DNA of 52,258 nucleotides from a virus (Duplodnaviria; Heunggongvirae; Uroviricota; Caudoviricetes): IMG/VR virus record IMGVR_UViG_2721755660_000011; one strand, 5' to 3'. Shown piece by piece: positions 1 to 11,582 of this stretch (position 1 is its first letter; each line of letters starts with the position of its first letter). The notes under the pieces were generated by a model. It saw only the letters and a program-made list of their open reading frames with translations, ran no database searches and was not told where the DNA came from. The position numbers and the translations under genes were made by a program.

Positions 1-603
1 TCATGGATTTTTTTGACTGAAAGCGACAATGTAAGAACAACTCTGGCCGCTATCTGGGTTTCTCATTTGGTACTCGCTGGCAAAGGTAAGAGCAAGACAA
101 TCACCGGCTTGTAAATGCTGAGTCTGATGATTGACTCGAAAATCAAGGCTGCCGCTTAACATCCATAGAGTTTGTCCAGAAAGATGCTCATTTGCAGAGG
201 CAGGGATAGTCAATTGCCCCATAGGGGGGATTTCAACTTTTATTAGTTCCGGACATGCACCCGCTGGGGACAAAGACCAGCGGGTAATGCCTGTTTCTTC
301 ATCAATCCAATGTTGTTGCTGGTCAGTCAAAAGTACAAGTGAATTCTGTTGCATCTCAAGCTCTGCAAAAAGCTTTGATAGCGTAATATTCAGTGCATTA
401 GCTAACCGACTAAGTATTGTTGCACTGGGGCTTGAAGTGCCTCGTTCAACTTTGCTGATCATCGCCTGACTGACACCAGATCGTTGGGCAAGCTCTGTAA
501 CAGTCAAGTTTCGAGACTTTCTGAGCTTGAGTAACAAACGTGCAATATCGCTATCGACTATCTGATTTTTAGCTCTTTTATCCATTCTTCTCCCCTCTTT
601 CAC
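1..603 (-). CDS. XRE-family HTH transcriptional regulator with C-terminal cupin-like domain
   Basis: ORF 200 aa; N-terminal HTH segment (LTVTELAQRSGVSQAMISKVERG) typical of XRE/Cro-C1 family; C-terminal beta-rich region consistent with cupin sensor. Stop codon at window position 1..3. Confidence 0.55.
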   Translation of the reverse strand: MKEGRRMDKRAKNQIVDSDIARLLLKLRKSRNLTVTELAQRSGVSQAMISKVERGTSSPSATILSRLANALNITLSKLFAELEMQQNSLVLLTDQQQHWIDEETGITRWSLSPAGACPELIKVEIPPMGQLTIPASANEHLSGQTLWMLSGSLDFRVNHQTQHLQAGDCLALTFASEYQMRNPDSGQSCSYIVAFSQKNP

Positions 604-1083
604 CGACCTGATTATGCCATTACATAAATTGCGATTAAATAAATGATTTTACACGTCTCAAATGCATTTTTTCTATACGTTATAGCTTTAGAGTAAGAGC
701 TGGTAACTTCAACTTCCGTATTTGGCACATAACAGTCCTGGATACAGTGACGCACAGTTTCTTTACAAAAACATAGCTACATAGAGGTTGATCATCGTGT
801 CAAATGTACTGTAGAAATACCTACAATAATATTTTTTTTGCTAATATGCGTATAAATGAATAACTATAGACAGATAAAAATATCAGCAAAAATAAAATTT
901 CCAGCACATTAAACCACAACAATAATACAACACTTGGCAAGTTGACCATAAAGAATGAATAAAACGAAACAATAATTCAAACTTAAACAAACTATAAACA
1001 GTTAAACAATATACAATTGACTCATTAAGTTAGATATAAAAAATACATATTCAATCATTAAAACGATTGAATGGAGACCTTTT

Positions 1084-2037
1084 ATGCGGGCGAAACTTCT
1101 GGGAATAGTCCTGACAACCCCTATTGCGATCAGCTCTTTTGCTTCTACCGAGACTTTATCGTTTACTCCTGACAACATAAATGCGGACATTAGTCTTGGA
1201 AATCTGAGCGGAAAAACAAAAGAGCGTGTTTATCTAGCCGAAGAAGGAGGCCGAAAAGTCAGTCAACTCGACTGGAAATTCAATAACGCTGCAATTATTA
1301 AAGGTGCAATTAATTGGGATTTGATGCCCCAGATATCTATCGGGGCTGCTGGCTGGACAACTCTCGGCAGCCGAGGTGGCAATATGGTCGATCAGGACTG
1401 GATGGATTCCAGTAACCCCGGAACCTGGACGGATGAAAGTAGACACCCTGATACACAACTCAATTATGCCAACGAATTTGATCTGAATATCAAAGGCTGG
1501 CTCCTCAACGAACCCAATTACCGCCTGGGACTCATGGCCGGATATCAGGAAAGCCGTTATAGCTTTACAGCCAGAGGTGGTTCCTATATCTACAGTTCTG
1601 AGGAGGGATTCAGAGATGATATCGGCTCCTTCCCGAATGGAGAAAGAGCAATCGGCTACAAACAACGTTTTAAAATGCCATACATTGGCTTGACTGGAAG
1701 TTATCGTTATGAAGATTTTGAGCTAGGTGGCACATTTAAATACAGCGGCTGGGTGGAAGCATCTGATAACGATGAGCACTATGACCCAGGAAAAAGAATC
1801 ACTTATCGCAGCAAAGTCAAAGACCAAAATTACTATTCTGTTTCAGTCAATGCAGGTTATTACGTAACACCTAACGCAAAAGTTTATGTTGAAGGCGCAT
1901 GGAATCGGGTTACGAATAAAAAAGGTAATACTTCACTTTATGATCACAATGATAACACTTCAGACTACAGCAAAAATGGTGCAGGCATAGAAAACTATAA
2001 CTTCATCACTACTGCTGGTCTTAAGTACATTTTTTAA
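1084..2037 (+). CDS. ompT: Outer membrane protease OmpT (omptin family)
   Basis: 317 aa translation matches my recollection of E. coli OmpT essentially end to end (signal peptide MRAKLLGIVLTTPIAISSFA, C-terminal beta-barrel ending in F). Confidence 0.9.
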   Translation: MRAKLLGIVLTTPIAISSFASTETLSFTPDNINADISLGNLSGKTKERVYLAEEGGRKVSQLDWKFNNAAIIKGAINWDLMPQISIGAAGWTTLGSRGGNMVDQDWMDSSNPGTWTDESRHPDTQLNYANEFDLNIKGWLLNEPNYRLGLMAGYQESRYSFTARGGSYIYSSEEGFRDDIGSFPNGERAIGYKQRFKMPYIGLTGSYRYEDFELGGTFKYSGWVEASDNDEHYDPGKRITYRSKVKDQNYYSVSVNAGYYVTPNAKVYVEGAWNRVTNKKGNTSLYDHNDNTSDYSKNGAGIENYNFITTAGLKYIF

Positions 2038-2223
2038 CGAAGTTAACCAGATTTTCTCCCGGGTGGTATTGTATAACCCCGGGGAATTTGTTTACAGTTA
2101 CAAGTAGACAATATCCACTAATTTTGTAAGCATTTAACCTATGTCATAACGTGTAATCTCTTACCGCAACACAAGACCTCAATATATTCAAATTTTATCT
2201 TTATTCCGATATTCAGAGACACA

Positions 2224-3708
2224 ATGCGAAAAATAATTACTCATTTCAAAGTTGTTTTAACGTTACTTCTACCAGTAACCGTATCTGCCCAGCAGATACA
2301 GTGGCAATCCTGTATGGCCAGTCAATTCAACCACTGGTTTGGTGAGGAAAAACCGTCTCCTGACTTACTATGTGGTTATTTGTCTGTTCCATTAAAATAT
2401 ACAGACACAGGCGGAGATGCTTCTTATGAAAAAAAATCACAAGTCAAACTAGCGTTGACAAAATTGCCGGCAAAAAGCAAGCATAAAGGAAGTATCCTGA
2501 TAATAAGTGGTGGTCCCGGGTTACCAGGCATAAATCCTTATATTAACTTTGACTGGCCAGTCACAAATCTTCGTGAGTCATGGGATATTATTGGATTTGA
2601 TCCTCGAGGCGTCGGACAGTCCACTCCGACAATAAACTGCCGGCAATCAGATACAGAGACTCAGGAAAACATAACCGGAAAGCAACAAGTATTAAATAAA
2701 ATTAATGCCTGTATCCATAATACCGGAGCCGAAGTCATTCGCCATATCGGCTCTAACGAGGCTGTATACGATATTGATCGTATTAGGCAAGCCTTGGGGG
2801 ATAAACAACTGACAGCCGTGGCGTATTCGTATGGAACTCAAATTGCAGCCTTATATGCAGAACGTTTTCCCTACAACGTAAGATCTATCGTTCTTGATGG
2901 AGTCGTCGATATCGATGACCTGGAGGACAACTTCACATGGCAACTCAAACAGGCACAGAGTTATCAGGAAACGTTTGATCGCTTTGCATCCTGGTGTGCG
3001 CGTACAAAAAGTTGCCCGCTTTCTTCAGACAGAGATAAGGCAATAACTCAGTTCCATGAGCTATTATCAAAATTACATCACAAACCTTTATTAGACAGTA
3101 AGGGAGAAAATATATCTTCAGATGAACTCATATCATTAACAACAGACCTTCTGCTATGGCGTTCATCATGGCCAACCCTTGCAACTGCCATACGCCAGTT
3201 CTCTCAGGGGATTGTCAGTAATGAAATTGAAACTGCGCTCAGTGCTCCGATAGCCTCAGAAGAGTCAAGCGATGCTTCGGGGGTAATCCTTTGTGTAGAT
3301 CAGGGGGATGAGCAATTAACACCAGAAGAGCGAAAATCCCGAAAAGACGCTCTTGCGAATGCCTTCCCGGCTATTAACTTTGACAATGGACGTTCCGATT
3401 CACCTGATTTTTGTGAATTATGGCCAATACATAGCGACCTGAACAAAACTCGCCTGAAAAATACTGTTCTGCCCTCTGGTTTACTGTTTGTAGCACACAA
3501 ATACGACCCAACAACGCCCTGGATTAATGCCCGTAAGATGGCAGAGAAATTTTCCAGCCCGTTACTAACAATAAATGGTGATGGGCATACATTAGCTCTC
3601 ACCGGAGTTAATTTATGTGTAGATAAAGCAGTTGTACATCACCTGATCACTCCACAAAAAATAGAAAATATATACTGCCCAGGAAATTCTGAAGCAGAAA
3701 TACAATAA
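2224..3708 (+). CDS. Secreted alpha/beta-hydrolase-fold peptidase-like protein
   Basis: 494 aa; N-terminal signal peptide (MRKIITHFKVVLTLLLPVTVSA); nucleophile-elbow-like motif AYSYG; GGPG motif near N-terminus reminiscent of S33/tripeptidyl-aminopeptidase-like hydrolases. Family assignment is from motif recall only. Confidence 0.5.
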   Translation: MRKIITHFKVVLTLLLPVTVSAQQIQWQSCMASQFNHWFGEEKPSPDLLCGYLSVPLKYTDTGGDASYEKKSQVKLALTKLPAKSKHKGSILIISGGPGLPGINPYINFDWPVTNLRESWDIIGFDPRGVGQSTPTINCRQSDTETQENITGKQQVLNKINACIHNTGAEVIRHIGSNEAVYDIDRIRQALGDKQLTAVAYSYGTQIAALYAERFPYNVRSIVLDGVVDIDDLEDNFTWQLKQAQSYQETFDRFASWCARTKSCPLSSDRDKAITQFHELLSKLHHKPLLDSKGENISSDELISLTTDLLLWRSSWPTLATAIRQFSQGIVSNEIETALSAPIASEESSDASGVILCVDQGDEQLTPEERKSRKDALANAFPAINFDNGRSDSPDFCELWPIHSDLNKTRLKNTVLPSGLLFVAHKYDPTTPWINARKMAEKFSSPLLTINGDGHTLALTGVNLCVDKAVVHHLITPQKIENIYCPGNSEAEIQ

Positions 3709-3729
3709 TTTCAAAATATTCCGCCATTT

Positions 3730-3780
3730 GCTCCCAATGCAAAACATATATTGCATTGGGAGCATATTCATATTTTTGTT
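3730..3780 (+). terminator. Rho-independent terminator after hydrolase gene
   Basis: Perfect inverted repeat gctcccaatgcaa ... ttgcattgggagc (3730..3763) followed by T-rich run (3772..3778). Confidence 0.5.
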
Positions 3781-3891
3781 CTTCTTGTATGAAATCGTCT
3801 CATGTACACGGCCCTTTTTTCGCCGAGAACTGATATTACTTTAATCAAAAGTTGACGTGTCAGATTCGAAGTAAATTTATAAAATATCAAA

Positions 3892-4128
3892 TCAATATAC
3901 ATTTTGCACCTTCGAGATAGTAATGGCTGTTACTGTAATATGAGTTACAAACAGCTTCATACCCAGAGCTACTGATGTATCAACACGATTCAACAATACC
4001 CGATATTTATTCCATGCCTCCAGCAACGATGTTTCTTCCTCCGTTGTGATTTCCAGGTCTACAGCATCCTGAAGTGGCGCAATATGCTCACTGGCTATCT
4101 GTATCACATAAAACTGCAACACCCGCAT
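3892..4128 (-). pseudogene. Tail fiber assembly protein (Tfa) C-terminal remnant
   Basis: Segment [42 protein letters not shown] closely matches the C-terminal part of lambda Tfa as I recall it; N-terminal part absent, C-terminus diverges. Looks like a recombination remnant. Confidence 0.5.
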
Positions 4129-4408
4129 TGCTGCCTGCAGCCCCCGAAAACATGACCGACATCATTAGGGTGAACATCGTCAGCCCCTGTATACAGCTGC
4201 CTGTTACTGCTGTTCACCACATCACGCATATCAACAAACGGGAGATTCAGCGTGGAGCAGCATTCCATTATGGCTACACGAACAGTATCAAGTTTCGCTG
4301 TATGACTCAGTGGTGTTGCCGGGCCAATTGTAACTTCGCGATTTTTTCTGGGCTAATTGACGTATAATTCTGGGCGGAAAGCGCGCCCAAAAAGCCCGGA
4401 ATTGACCG

Positions 4409-5002
4409 CTAATTATCGCTAATCACCATTTCCCTGATTGAACGCAAATCATCCAGATTATTCAGTTGTTCCTTCATCTCGCGCTGGCGTTCGTGGATTT
4501 TAAAGCCCTCCGTCACCATGGCCGCCATCATGGCATCGTTCAGCGCAATAAGTTTCTCCCTGGTCAGTACGACGTTGTTATTATCCGCATCAGTCCAGAA
4601 AAAACCCTCCGGAAGCAGTCCGGCCTGTGCTGTTGCAACCACGGGGGCAAGGCGTGACTGCGAGGTTTTTCCACCATCAAAACGACGGCCATCAAACGTG
4701 AAAATAAACTCAACGTTTTCCTGACTGTCGCGCCATGCCTCAATTTCCCGCTTTTTGGCATCCTTTGCCGCTGCAATAAGTTCCGGCGTGACGGTGAACG
4801 GGGCGATTTCGCCCCATTTCCCGCTTTGCAGCTCCTGCCAGATGTGCTGGCCTGTCGGGGCCATATCATCCTGTATGGCAGTATACAGGGCGAACTCCGT
4901 TTCACCTTCAAATAACACCTCGCAGTCAACCGCACCATTTTCAAGATAATGTGCGTTTCTGATACCTTTCACCGCTCTGATTTTCATGCCTGATTTCCTC
5001 AT
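4409..5002 (-). CDS. tfa: Tail fiber assembly protein
   Basis: 197 aa ORF immediately downstream of, and start-overlapping, the side tail fiber gene; position and size typical of tfa chaperones. Confidence 0.65.
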   Translation of the reverse strand: MRKSGMKIRAVKGIRNAHYLENGAVDCEVLFEGETEFALYTAIQDDMAPTGQHIWQELQSGKWGEIAPFTVTPELIAAAKDAKKREIEAWRDSQENVEFIFTFDGRRFDGGKTSQSRLAPVVATAQAGLLPEGFFWTDADNNNVVLTREKLIALNDAMMAAMVTEGFKIHERQREMKEQLNNLDDLRSIREMVISDN

Positions 5003-7098
5003 TACTCAATGCGTACAAAAAGACCGATAAAGCCACGCTGAGTACCATAATTGTTACCCAGGCCCGAAAGCGCCGTGTAACGACCGGGGAAGTTGTATTC
5101 ACCGGCACCGCCAATCACAACCTGCGGTGAGGATGCGTATGTCCCTGTATCACTAACCTGTGCACTCATGGCCAGAGGACCAAGACGGGAACCCGGCACA
5201 GTATCACCGAGTCCCAGAGAAGCATTTTCACCAAAACTTTCTCCCTGATATACCGCCATAATCGGCACACCGACGGCCGGGTATTGGTAATATGAGAACG
5301 GACCATTACCGGCGGTTGAGGACATCAGATATGCCAGGGAGTTGCCGTCATACACAATAAGGCTTGATGTTGCATTCCAGCTGTTACCACTGTAGCGATA
5401 ACGCATACAATGTATGCTGTGCTCATCCTCGTAATACTGGTTGTAGTACAGCAGCGTTTTGAATTTACGCGCCGTGTCTGATTCGTCGTTATCAGACGGT
5501 GACCACATCACATCAATGATACCGTTAAATTTCGTGGTCCCCTTCAGCAGCGTGGAGGAGTCCGCAATACTGACCGCATAACGCCCCGGGGTGACTGTCT
5601 GCAGCCATATAACGAAATCAGCCTGTCCGTTAAATGACAGAGCTTCGGCGCTGGTGAATGCCTGTCCAAACCCATACATCCCGGACAGGGCCAGCCTGCC
5701 CGGTGTGCGGTCACGGATATCACTCTGGGGTTCCATCGTCGCAGCCGCGCTCAGCTCAAGCTCCGTGCGCATGGCTTCAGCCGTGTCATGCGCCAGCAAT
5801 GCGCGGCCCTTCTCTGACAGCAGAGACAGTGAGGCATTCCCGTCCGTATTGAAGTACAGAAGATTATCTGCCCGTTGCGTCAGTGCGCTGATTGCCGTTA
5901 AGACGTCATTAAGCGGTTGTTTGCCTGCCAGCGCGTTTGTGATTGTCGTCGCAAAGTTCGGGTCATTGCCCAGCGCCGCTGCCAGCTCGTTCAGGGTGTC
6001 CAGAACTTCCGGCGATGAGCCAACCAGCGCAGCAAGCAGTTTGCGCACAAACGCTGCGTTCGCTGCTTCCAGACCGGCGGCATCATCCGGTGGGGTTGGG
6101 GTGGTTGGGGTGCCGGTGAAGGCCGGGCTGTCCAGTGGCGCTTTTGTTTTCGTCTCGTCCATGACGGTTTTGACAGCCTTTGGCGTGGCAGCCAGTTCCT
6201 CGCTGTCGTTGTCCGTATCACTACACAGTTGCACCAGACCTTTTTCTGTCGTGGAGGCATTTGTTGCATTCAGGTCATCAACTATCTGCTGCGCCTCATC
6301 CCTGTACTGTTTCGCTTCCTGCGCATTGTCTGCACCTGCATCCTGGCTGGCTTTAGCCTGTCGGGCGTATTCAGCGGCGCTGTTTTCATGCCCGAGTGCA
6401 GCATTTGCTGCATTTTCCGCGCTGGTTGCAGCTGATGATGCGGCATTATGATAAAGGCGGGCACGTTCGGCGGCATCGACTGATTCGTCCCGCGCTGTGC
6501 CTGATGACTGTGCGCTGTTTTCTGCCTCACCCGCAAAACGTTCCGCATCATCACGGGCGGTGACCGTTGCCTCCACATCCTGCGCGGTCTGCTGTGCGTT
6601 TCCGGCTGCAGCTTCGGCGCTCTGCTGTGTCTGATTTTTTAGCTCTTCTGCCTCATCCTTACTAACCGCCGCAGATGTTGCTGCATTGATTGCATCATCA
6701 GCAGCTGTTTCTGCTCTCTCCCTGTCACTGACCACCTGCTCAGACAAGCGAACAACGGTATTTACCATTTCCTCAAAACGCTTCATTACCTCAGGGCGTA
6801 AATCACCCTCCTTTGGTGCATCCAGAAAAGCATTCAGCGTATCCGGCTCATCTGTCGGTGCAACATAAATTTCCCCCGCCTTTACAGGAGGATGCCCTGA
6901 GCGGGACAAAAATACATCATAAAATCCCGGCTCAGCATTAATAGTATACCCGCCATCACTTCCCGTAAGACAGGTTGCCACAATATTAACCACAACTGTC
7001 GGACTGGTTCTTCTGGCACGCAATTCAATCGCACAGTTTACGACAGGCTCACCCGCTCCGTCCTTCAGGACACCTGAAATCTTTACTGCCATATTCAC
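5002..7098 (-). CDS. stf: Side tail fiber protein (Stf-like)
   Basis: 698 aa; N-terminus MAVKISGVLKDG... matches the lambda Stf N-terminal domain; long Ala/Ser-rich repetitive shaft; divergent C-terminal receptor-binding part. Confidence 0.8.
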   Translation of the reverse strand: MNMAVKISGVLKDGAGEPVVNCAIELRARRTSPTVVVNIVATCLTGSDGGYTINAEPGFYDVFLSRSGHPPVKAGEIYVAPTDEPDTLNAFLDAPKEGDLRPEVMKRFEEMVNTVVRLSEQVVSDRERAETAADDAINAATSAAVSKDEAEELKNQTQQSAEAAAGNAQQTAQDVEATVTARDDAERFAGEAENSAQSSGTARDESVDAAERARLYHNAASSAATSAENAANAALGHENSAAEYARQAKASQDAGADNAQEAKQYRDEAQQIVDDLNATNASTTEKGLVQLCSDTDNDSEELAATPKAVKTVMDETKTKAPLDSPAFTGTPTTPTPPDDAAGLEAANAAFVRKLLAALVGSSPEVLDTLNELAAALGNDPNFATTITNALAGKQPLNDVLTAISALTQRADNLLYFNTDGNASLSLLSEKGRALLAHDTAEAMRTELELSAAATMEPQSDIRDRTPGRLALSGMYGFGQAFTSAEALSFNGQADFVIWLQTVTPGRYAVSIADSSTLLKGTTKFNGIIDVMWSPSDNDESDTARKFKTLLYYNQYYEDEHSIHCMRYRYSGNSWNATSSLIVYDGNSLAYLMSSTAGNGPFSYYQYPAVGVPIMAVYQGESFGENASLGLGDTVPGSRLGPLAMSAQVSDTGTYASSPQVVIGGAGEYNFPGRYTALSGLGNNYGTQRGFIGLFVRIE

Positions 7099-7156
7099 CC
7101 CACAAAAAAGCCCGCCTGAACCGGCGGGCTGTCATAACACTGTGTTACCTGGCTAA

Positions 7157-7756
7157 TCAGAATTTATAACCGACACCCACGATGAAACCGTCAGTGCGCC
7201 AGTCGCCACTGCCGGAGCCTTCATAAGCAATATCAATGGCCACGGATTCGGTCGGGTTAAACTGCACGCCAGCTCCCCACGCCAGAGACGTGTTGCTGTG
7301 GCGACCGTCATCACTTCCGGTCAGCACATCGTGCGTTTTCCCCTTATTGTCAGTTACGCGGAGATAATCCCCGGAGAAAGTCGACACACGGCTGTAAGCC
7401 ACACCCGCCATCGCATACGCGCTGAACCATTCATTCACGCGCACAGACGGCCCCGCCATTACGCTGAACCAGCGGTTACGAACGGAATCTTCATGCCAGC
7501 GGGTATCACTGTAACGGGTCAGCTGGCGATTCTTGTCTCCTGCATAGCTGAATGACGTCACCAGCCCCAGCGTGTCCGTAAATTCATAACGGTATTTCAC
7601 GTTAATGCCCTTCAGGTCATCGTTTCCGGGCATATCAGTATGGGACTGAAGATACCCGCCGCTTAGTGTGGACTGATGCTCTGCTGCACTCGCTGGCGTA
7701 GCAGCGGCGATCTGCCAGACTACTGCGGACAAAATAACAGCACATAATTTACGCAT
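7157..7756 (-). CDS. lom: Lom-like outer membrane protein (Ail/Lom family)
   Basis: 199 aa with signal peptide and beta-barrel pattern ending in YKF; located between J and stf as in lambda. Confidence 0.85.
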   Translation of the reverse strand: MRKLCAVILSAVVWQIAAATPASAAEHQSTLSGGYLQSHTDMPGNDDLKGINVKYRYEFTDTLGLVTSFSYAGDKNRQLTRYSDTRWHEDSVRNRWFSVMAGPSVRVNEWFSAYAMAGVAYSRVSTFSGDYLRVTDNKGKTHDVLTGSDDGRHSNTSLAWGAGVQFNPTESVAIDIAYEGSGSGDWRTDGFIVGVGYKF

Positions 7757-7823
7757 AATTACCTCTCGCTTTTCTGCAATAAAAAAGGCGCCATTTCTGG
7801 CGCCCGTATATGGGTTATAAAAT

Positions 7824-10800
7824 TCAGCTGATACTGATGCCTGCGGTGGCTTTCTTCATCACCACAACCAGCAAATCGCTGATACTTGCTGTGGGATACC
7901 AGTCATTTACCAGCCATGATGACACCGAAAACTCCAGCGTCATGTGGCCGCGACCAGCTGGCATATCAATAACGCCACTGTAAATCAGCGTATTATCCAG
8001 CGCGGTACGGTTATAAATTTCAGCACCGTTTTTCCGTACTATCAGGCGGCATGACGAATAAATATCGTTATTCTCCCGCTCATGTTTAGCGCCGCTGAAT
8101 GCCACCGCCGGAATAACAATCTGCCGGTCAAACGGCTGATCGTCATAAACCCTGACGGTGATGGTCCCTGATGGCCACCGTTCCGGTGCACGGGAGTCCC
8201 GGGGGAAAGCTTTGCCCACTGTTTTAACGAGATCGCCTTCAATCTGGTTGGCGGACAGTTTTCCCAGAACCCGACAGTTCTCGTTAATCGTGACGTTGTT
8301 GAGCGTCCCGGAGTTCGCATTCACGTTACCGCTGATATCGGCATTTTTCGCCGTCAGCCGCCCGTCCGGTGTCAGGGAAAATACCGGCGGATTGCCGCCG
8401 CTGGTAATGGTGGGAGCCGTCAGGCGTTTCAGGAACACGTCGTTCATGAATATCTGATCGCCCTGACCAACAAACATCGGCTTTGTGTTGCCATTCGCAG
8501 GATTAATCATCGCAATCCTGTCTGCCGCCAGCAGCACCTGGCTCTGCATGCCGTCAGGGGTGTTCTCAATACCGGCACCGATACCCGCAATATAAAGGCG
8601 ACCATCCTGCATCTGCTGCAGTTTCACGGCCCACATACTGTTCAGGTTATTACTGGTGTCCGTCTGAACCTTTTGTATCTGCTGGATGGTGGCCTCCTGA
8701 TCTCCCAGCTTCTGGTCCGTTGTCGTCATGATTTCACTGCTTTTTTGATCCACATACTGGCGAACCTGCGCTATCTGGCGTGCATTCTCCTCATTACTCT
8801 GACTGACCGTCTGCGTGAGTTCGCTGCTGACGTTATCCACTCTCTGGCTCACCTGTGATATACCCAGTGACAGCTCATCATTTTTTTTCGCAACCAGCTG
8901 TGTGAGGCTGTTTTCTGTCTCCCCGATTTTTTGGGTCACTTCAGCAATATCACTCTCTATCTGCTGATTGATCTCATCCTCCAGTTGCTCAACTTCACTG
9001 CGCAATGCCGAGGCATTAATACGATCGTTCAGCTCCTGCCCCAGCAGGGTGCTGTTTATTTTCCCTTCAAAAAAATTGAGATACACCTCAGCATCATTAA
9101 CCGGCCGGCCGACAGCTTCCACAAACGCTGATTTACCGACGATGTTCACACTGCGGATATAAAAGTAATAATCATGGCCCGGCCTGATATTAATACTGGC
9201 AGCTATCCAGTACAGCGCCGTGCCAAGATAGCGGGCTGTGGTTTCAACCTGCCTGATATCAGCAATCCGTTTTTCCGAGAACCAGAACTCAAACTGTACC
9301 GTCGGGTCATACACCGCAAGACGCGGGACTGCCGTTATCTGAAAATACCCCGGTATCAGTTCAATAGTGACAGGCGCTGCCGGTGCCGCAATCCGGAACG
9401 ATACCGACGCCGGATCACCCTGCTGCCCCCGGGCATTTACAGCCCGGACCGTCAGCATATAACGCCCCAGCGCCAGTTGTCTGAAGCGGTATGTGGTTTC
9501 CGTCGTCCGGGCTGTGCTGACCAGCCGCTCACTGCCGTCGTCCGCTGCCACGGTCAGGCGAAGCATGAAGCTCACGCCCTTCACCACCTTCGGCGTGTCC
9601 CAGCGGGCCAGTACCTGATACTCCCCGCTGTCTGCGGTGACTTCGGCGGTCAGATGCTGCACCGCTGGCGGTGTGACACCATTCACCGTGCCGCTCTGGT
9701 CGCCGTCAAAGTGCGCCCCGTTATCCACGATGGCTTCTTTTTCCGGTACATGCTGCACGGCAGTGATGGCATACGTGCCGTCGTCGTTCTCACGGATACT
9801 CACGCAGCGGAACAGGCGCTGGCGCAGCGTCGGCAGCTTCAGCCCCCACACGCTGTATTCGGCAACGCCGTCAGGAACACGGCTCACTTTCACCTTCATG
9901 CCGTCGGTGACGGACTGAACCTCCACGCTGACCGGATTGCCATTTCCGTCAACCAGGCTTATCAGCGTGGTGCCGGAGGATGGCAGCGTGATTTCACGGT
10001 CGAGCGTCAGCGTCCGGGTCTGGCTGTTCACCGCCAGCACACGACCACCGGTGCTGATACCGGCATAGTCATCATCACAGATTTCAATAACATCGCCCGG
10101 TACATGGCGAAGCCCTTCGGCACCCACGCTGAAGTCCACGGTCTGCGTTTCCAGCAGTTCCGTTTTAATCAGCCACAGCCCGGCGCGGTGCGCCTGCCCC
10201 CGGCTGGTACAGCCAAAGGCATCCATCTTCGTGACGTTACGACCGTAACGGGCAATGGCCTGCGTGTCCTCCACAAGCTCTGTTGCCGTCTCCCAGCCGT
10301 TGTCCGGGTCAATCCAGTTCACCTCAACGGCATTATGGCGGTCCTTCAGGGCGCTGAAGCTGTAGCGGAACGGCGCGCCATCATCCGGCATCACCACATT
10401 ACTGCGGTTATAGGTCCACACCTTATCTGATGGTCGGTCCTGCACGAACGTCAGCGTCTGCCCGTTCCATACCGGCATACAGCGCATCGCCGAGCAGAAA
10501 TCACTGAGCACATCCCACGCCTTGCGCTGTGTGGTCAGGTACGCATTACAGGTGATGCGCGGCTCCGTGCCGCCAAAACCGTCCGGCACCGACTGATCGC
10601 AATGCTGGCCGATGACATACAGCGCCCATTTGTCCACATCCGCCGCACCAAGACGTTTCCCCATGCCGTAGCGCGGATGGGTCAGCATATCCCACAGACA
10701 CCAGGCCGGGTTGTTGCTGTATGCCGGCTTAAACGTTCCGTCCCAGATACCGCTGTATTGCCGCGTCTGCGGGTTATAGTTCGACGGCACCTGCAGAATG

Positions 10801-11522
10801 CGCCCGCGCAGATGATAATTACGGCTCACCTGCTGGCTGCCGAACTGCTCCGAATCCACCTGCACGCCGACCAGTGCCGTGTTCGGGTAGCACTGTTTCA
10901 CATCGATGATTTCAGTGTATGACGACCAGAGCGTTTTGTTCTGCAGCTGGTCTGTGGTGCTGTCCGGCGTCATCCTGCGCATCCGTATATTGAACGGGCG
11001 CGGCGGCAGGTTACCCACCACCACCGAGGCCAGATACTGCGAGGTGGTTTTGCCCTTAATGGTGATGTCTTTTTCCGTCACCCAGCCACCATTACGCTGG
11101 ATCTGAACCAGCAGGCGGACTTCCGACGGATTCCGGTCCCCCTTTGAGGTGGTTTCCACCAGTGCCTGCACACCGAAGGTAAAGCGCAGACGGTCAATGT
11201 TTGCAGATGTGATGGTCCGGGTGATCGGCGTGTCGTATTTCACTTCCGTACCCAGCACCGTCTCGGAACCGGAGGATTCAAATCCCTCCGGCGGTGCCTG
11301 CTCCTGCTCACCTGCCCGGAACACGACCGTGACACCGGAGATGTTGGTATTCCCCTCAGTGTCCAGCACCGGCGTACTGTTCAGCAGCACGCTTTTTAAT
11401 CCATCCACCGGACCTTCAATCGGCCCTTCGCTGATGGCATCAATCACACTCAGTAACTGCGTGGACTTCAGGTTGTCCTTCGCTTCGCGCGGGGTATGCC
11501 CCTTACTGCTGCCTTTACCCAT
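7824..11522 (-). CDS. J: Tail tip / host specificity protein J
   Basis: 1232 aa; N-terminus [24 protein letters not shown] matches lambda gpJ; synteny I-J-lom. Confidence 0.95.
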   Translation of the reverse strand: MGKGSSKGHTPREAKDNLKSTQLLSVIDAISEGPIEGPVDGLKSVLLNSTPVLDTEGNTNISGVTVVFRAGEQEQAPPEGFESSGSETVLGTEVKYDTPITRTITSANIDRLRFTFGVQALVETTSKGDRNPSEVRLLVQIQRNGGWVTEKDITIKGKTTSQYLASVVVGNLPPRPFNIRMRRMTPDSTTDQLQNKTLWSSYTEIIDVKQCYPNTALVGVQVDSEQFGSQQVSRNYHLRGRILQVPSNYNPQTRQYSGIWDGTFKPAYSNNPAWCLWDMLTHPRYGMGKRLGAADVDKWALYVIGQHCDQSVPDGFGGTEPRITCNAYLTTQRKAWDVLSDFCSAMRCMPVWNGQTLTFVQDRPSDKVWTYNRSNVVMPDDGAPFRYSFSALKDRHNAVEVNWIDPDNGWETATELVEDTQAIARYGRNVTKMDAFGCTSRGQAHRAGLWLIKTELLETQTVDFSVGAEGLRHVPGDVIEICDDDYAGISTGGRVLAVNSQTRTLTLDREITLPSSGTTLISLVDGNGNPVSVEVQSVTDGMKVKVSRVPDGVAEYSVWGLKLPTLRQRLFRCVSIRENDDGTYAITAVQHVPEKEAIVDNGAHFDGDQSGTVNGVTPPAVQHLTAEVTADSGEYQVLARWDTPKVVKGVSFMLRLTVAADDGSERLVSTARTTETTYRFRQLALGRYMLTVRAVNARGQQGDPASVSFRIAAPAAPVTIELIPGYFQITAVPRLAVYDPTVQFEFWFSEKRIADIRQVETTARYLGTALYWIAASINIRPGHDYYFYIRSVNIVGKSAFVEAVGRPVNDAEVYLNFFEGKINSTLLGQELNDRINASALRSEVEQLEDEINQQIESDIAEVTQKIGETENSLTQLVAKKNDELSLGISQVSQRVDNVSSELTQTVSQSNEENARQIAQVRQYVDQKSSEIMTTTDQKLGDQEATIQQIQKVQTDTSNNLNSMWAVKLQQMQDGRLYIAGIGAGIENTPDGMQSQVLLAADRIAMINPANGNTKPMFVGQGDQIFMNDVFLKRLTAPTITSGGNPPVFSLTPDGRLTAKNADISGNVNANSGTLNNVTINENCRVLGKLSANQIEGDLVKTVGKAFPRDSRAPERWPSGTITVRVYDDQPFDRQIVIPAVAFSGAKHERENNDIYSSCRLIVRKNGAEIYNRTALDNTLIYSGVIDMPAGRGHMTLEFSVSSWLVNDWYPTASISDLLVVVMKKATAGISIS

Positions 11523-11582
11523 TCCTCACGCTCCATAAACGACAAAACCGCCCGCAGGCGGTTTCACATAAAACATTTTGCA

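Noticed and set aside
3709-3900. attL (second copy of the thrW 3' core) at the tail-fiber side of the prophage
   Set aside because: No sequence resembling tggtgccgataataggagtcgaacc was found here or elsewhere left of int, so the left junction is probably outside the window.
9174-10430. 418 aa plus-strand ORF inside the J gene (similar long antisense ORFs lie inside H, e.g. 14316..15591)
   Set aside because: Arg/His/Pro-rich, low-complexity translations on the strand opposite well-supported lambda structural genes; typical antisense artefacts of GC-rich coding DNA.
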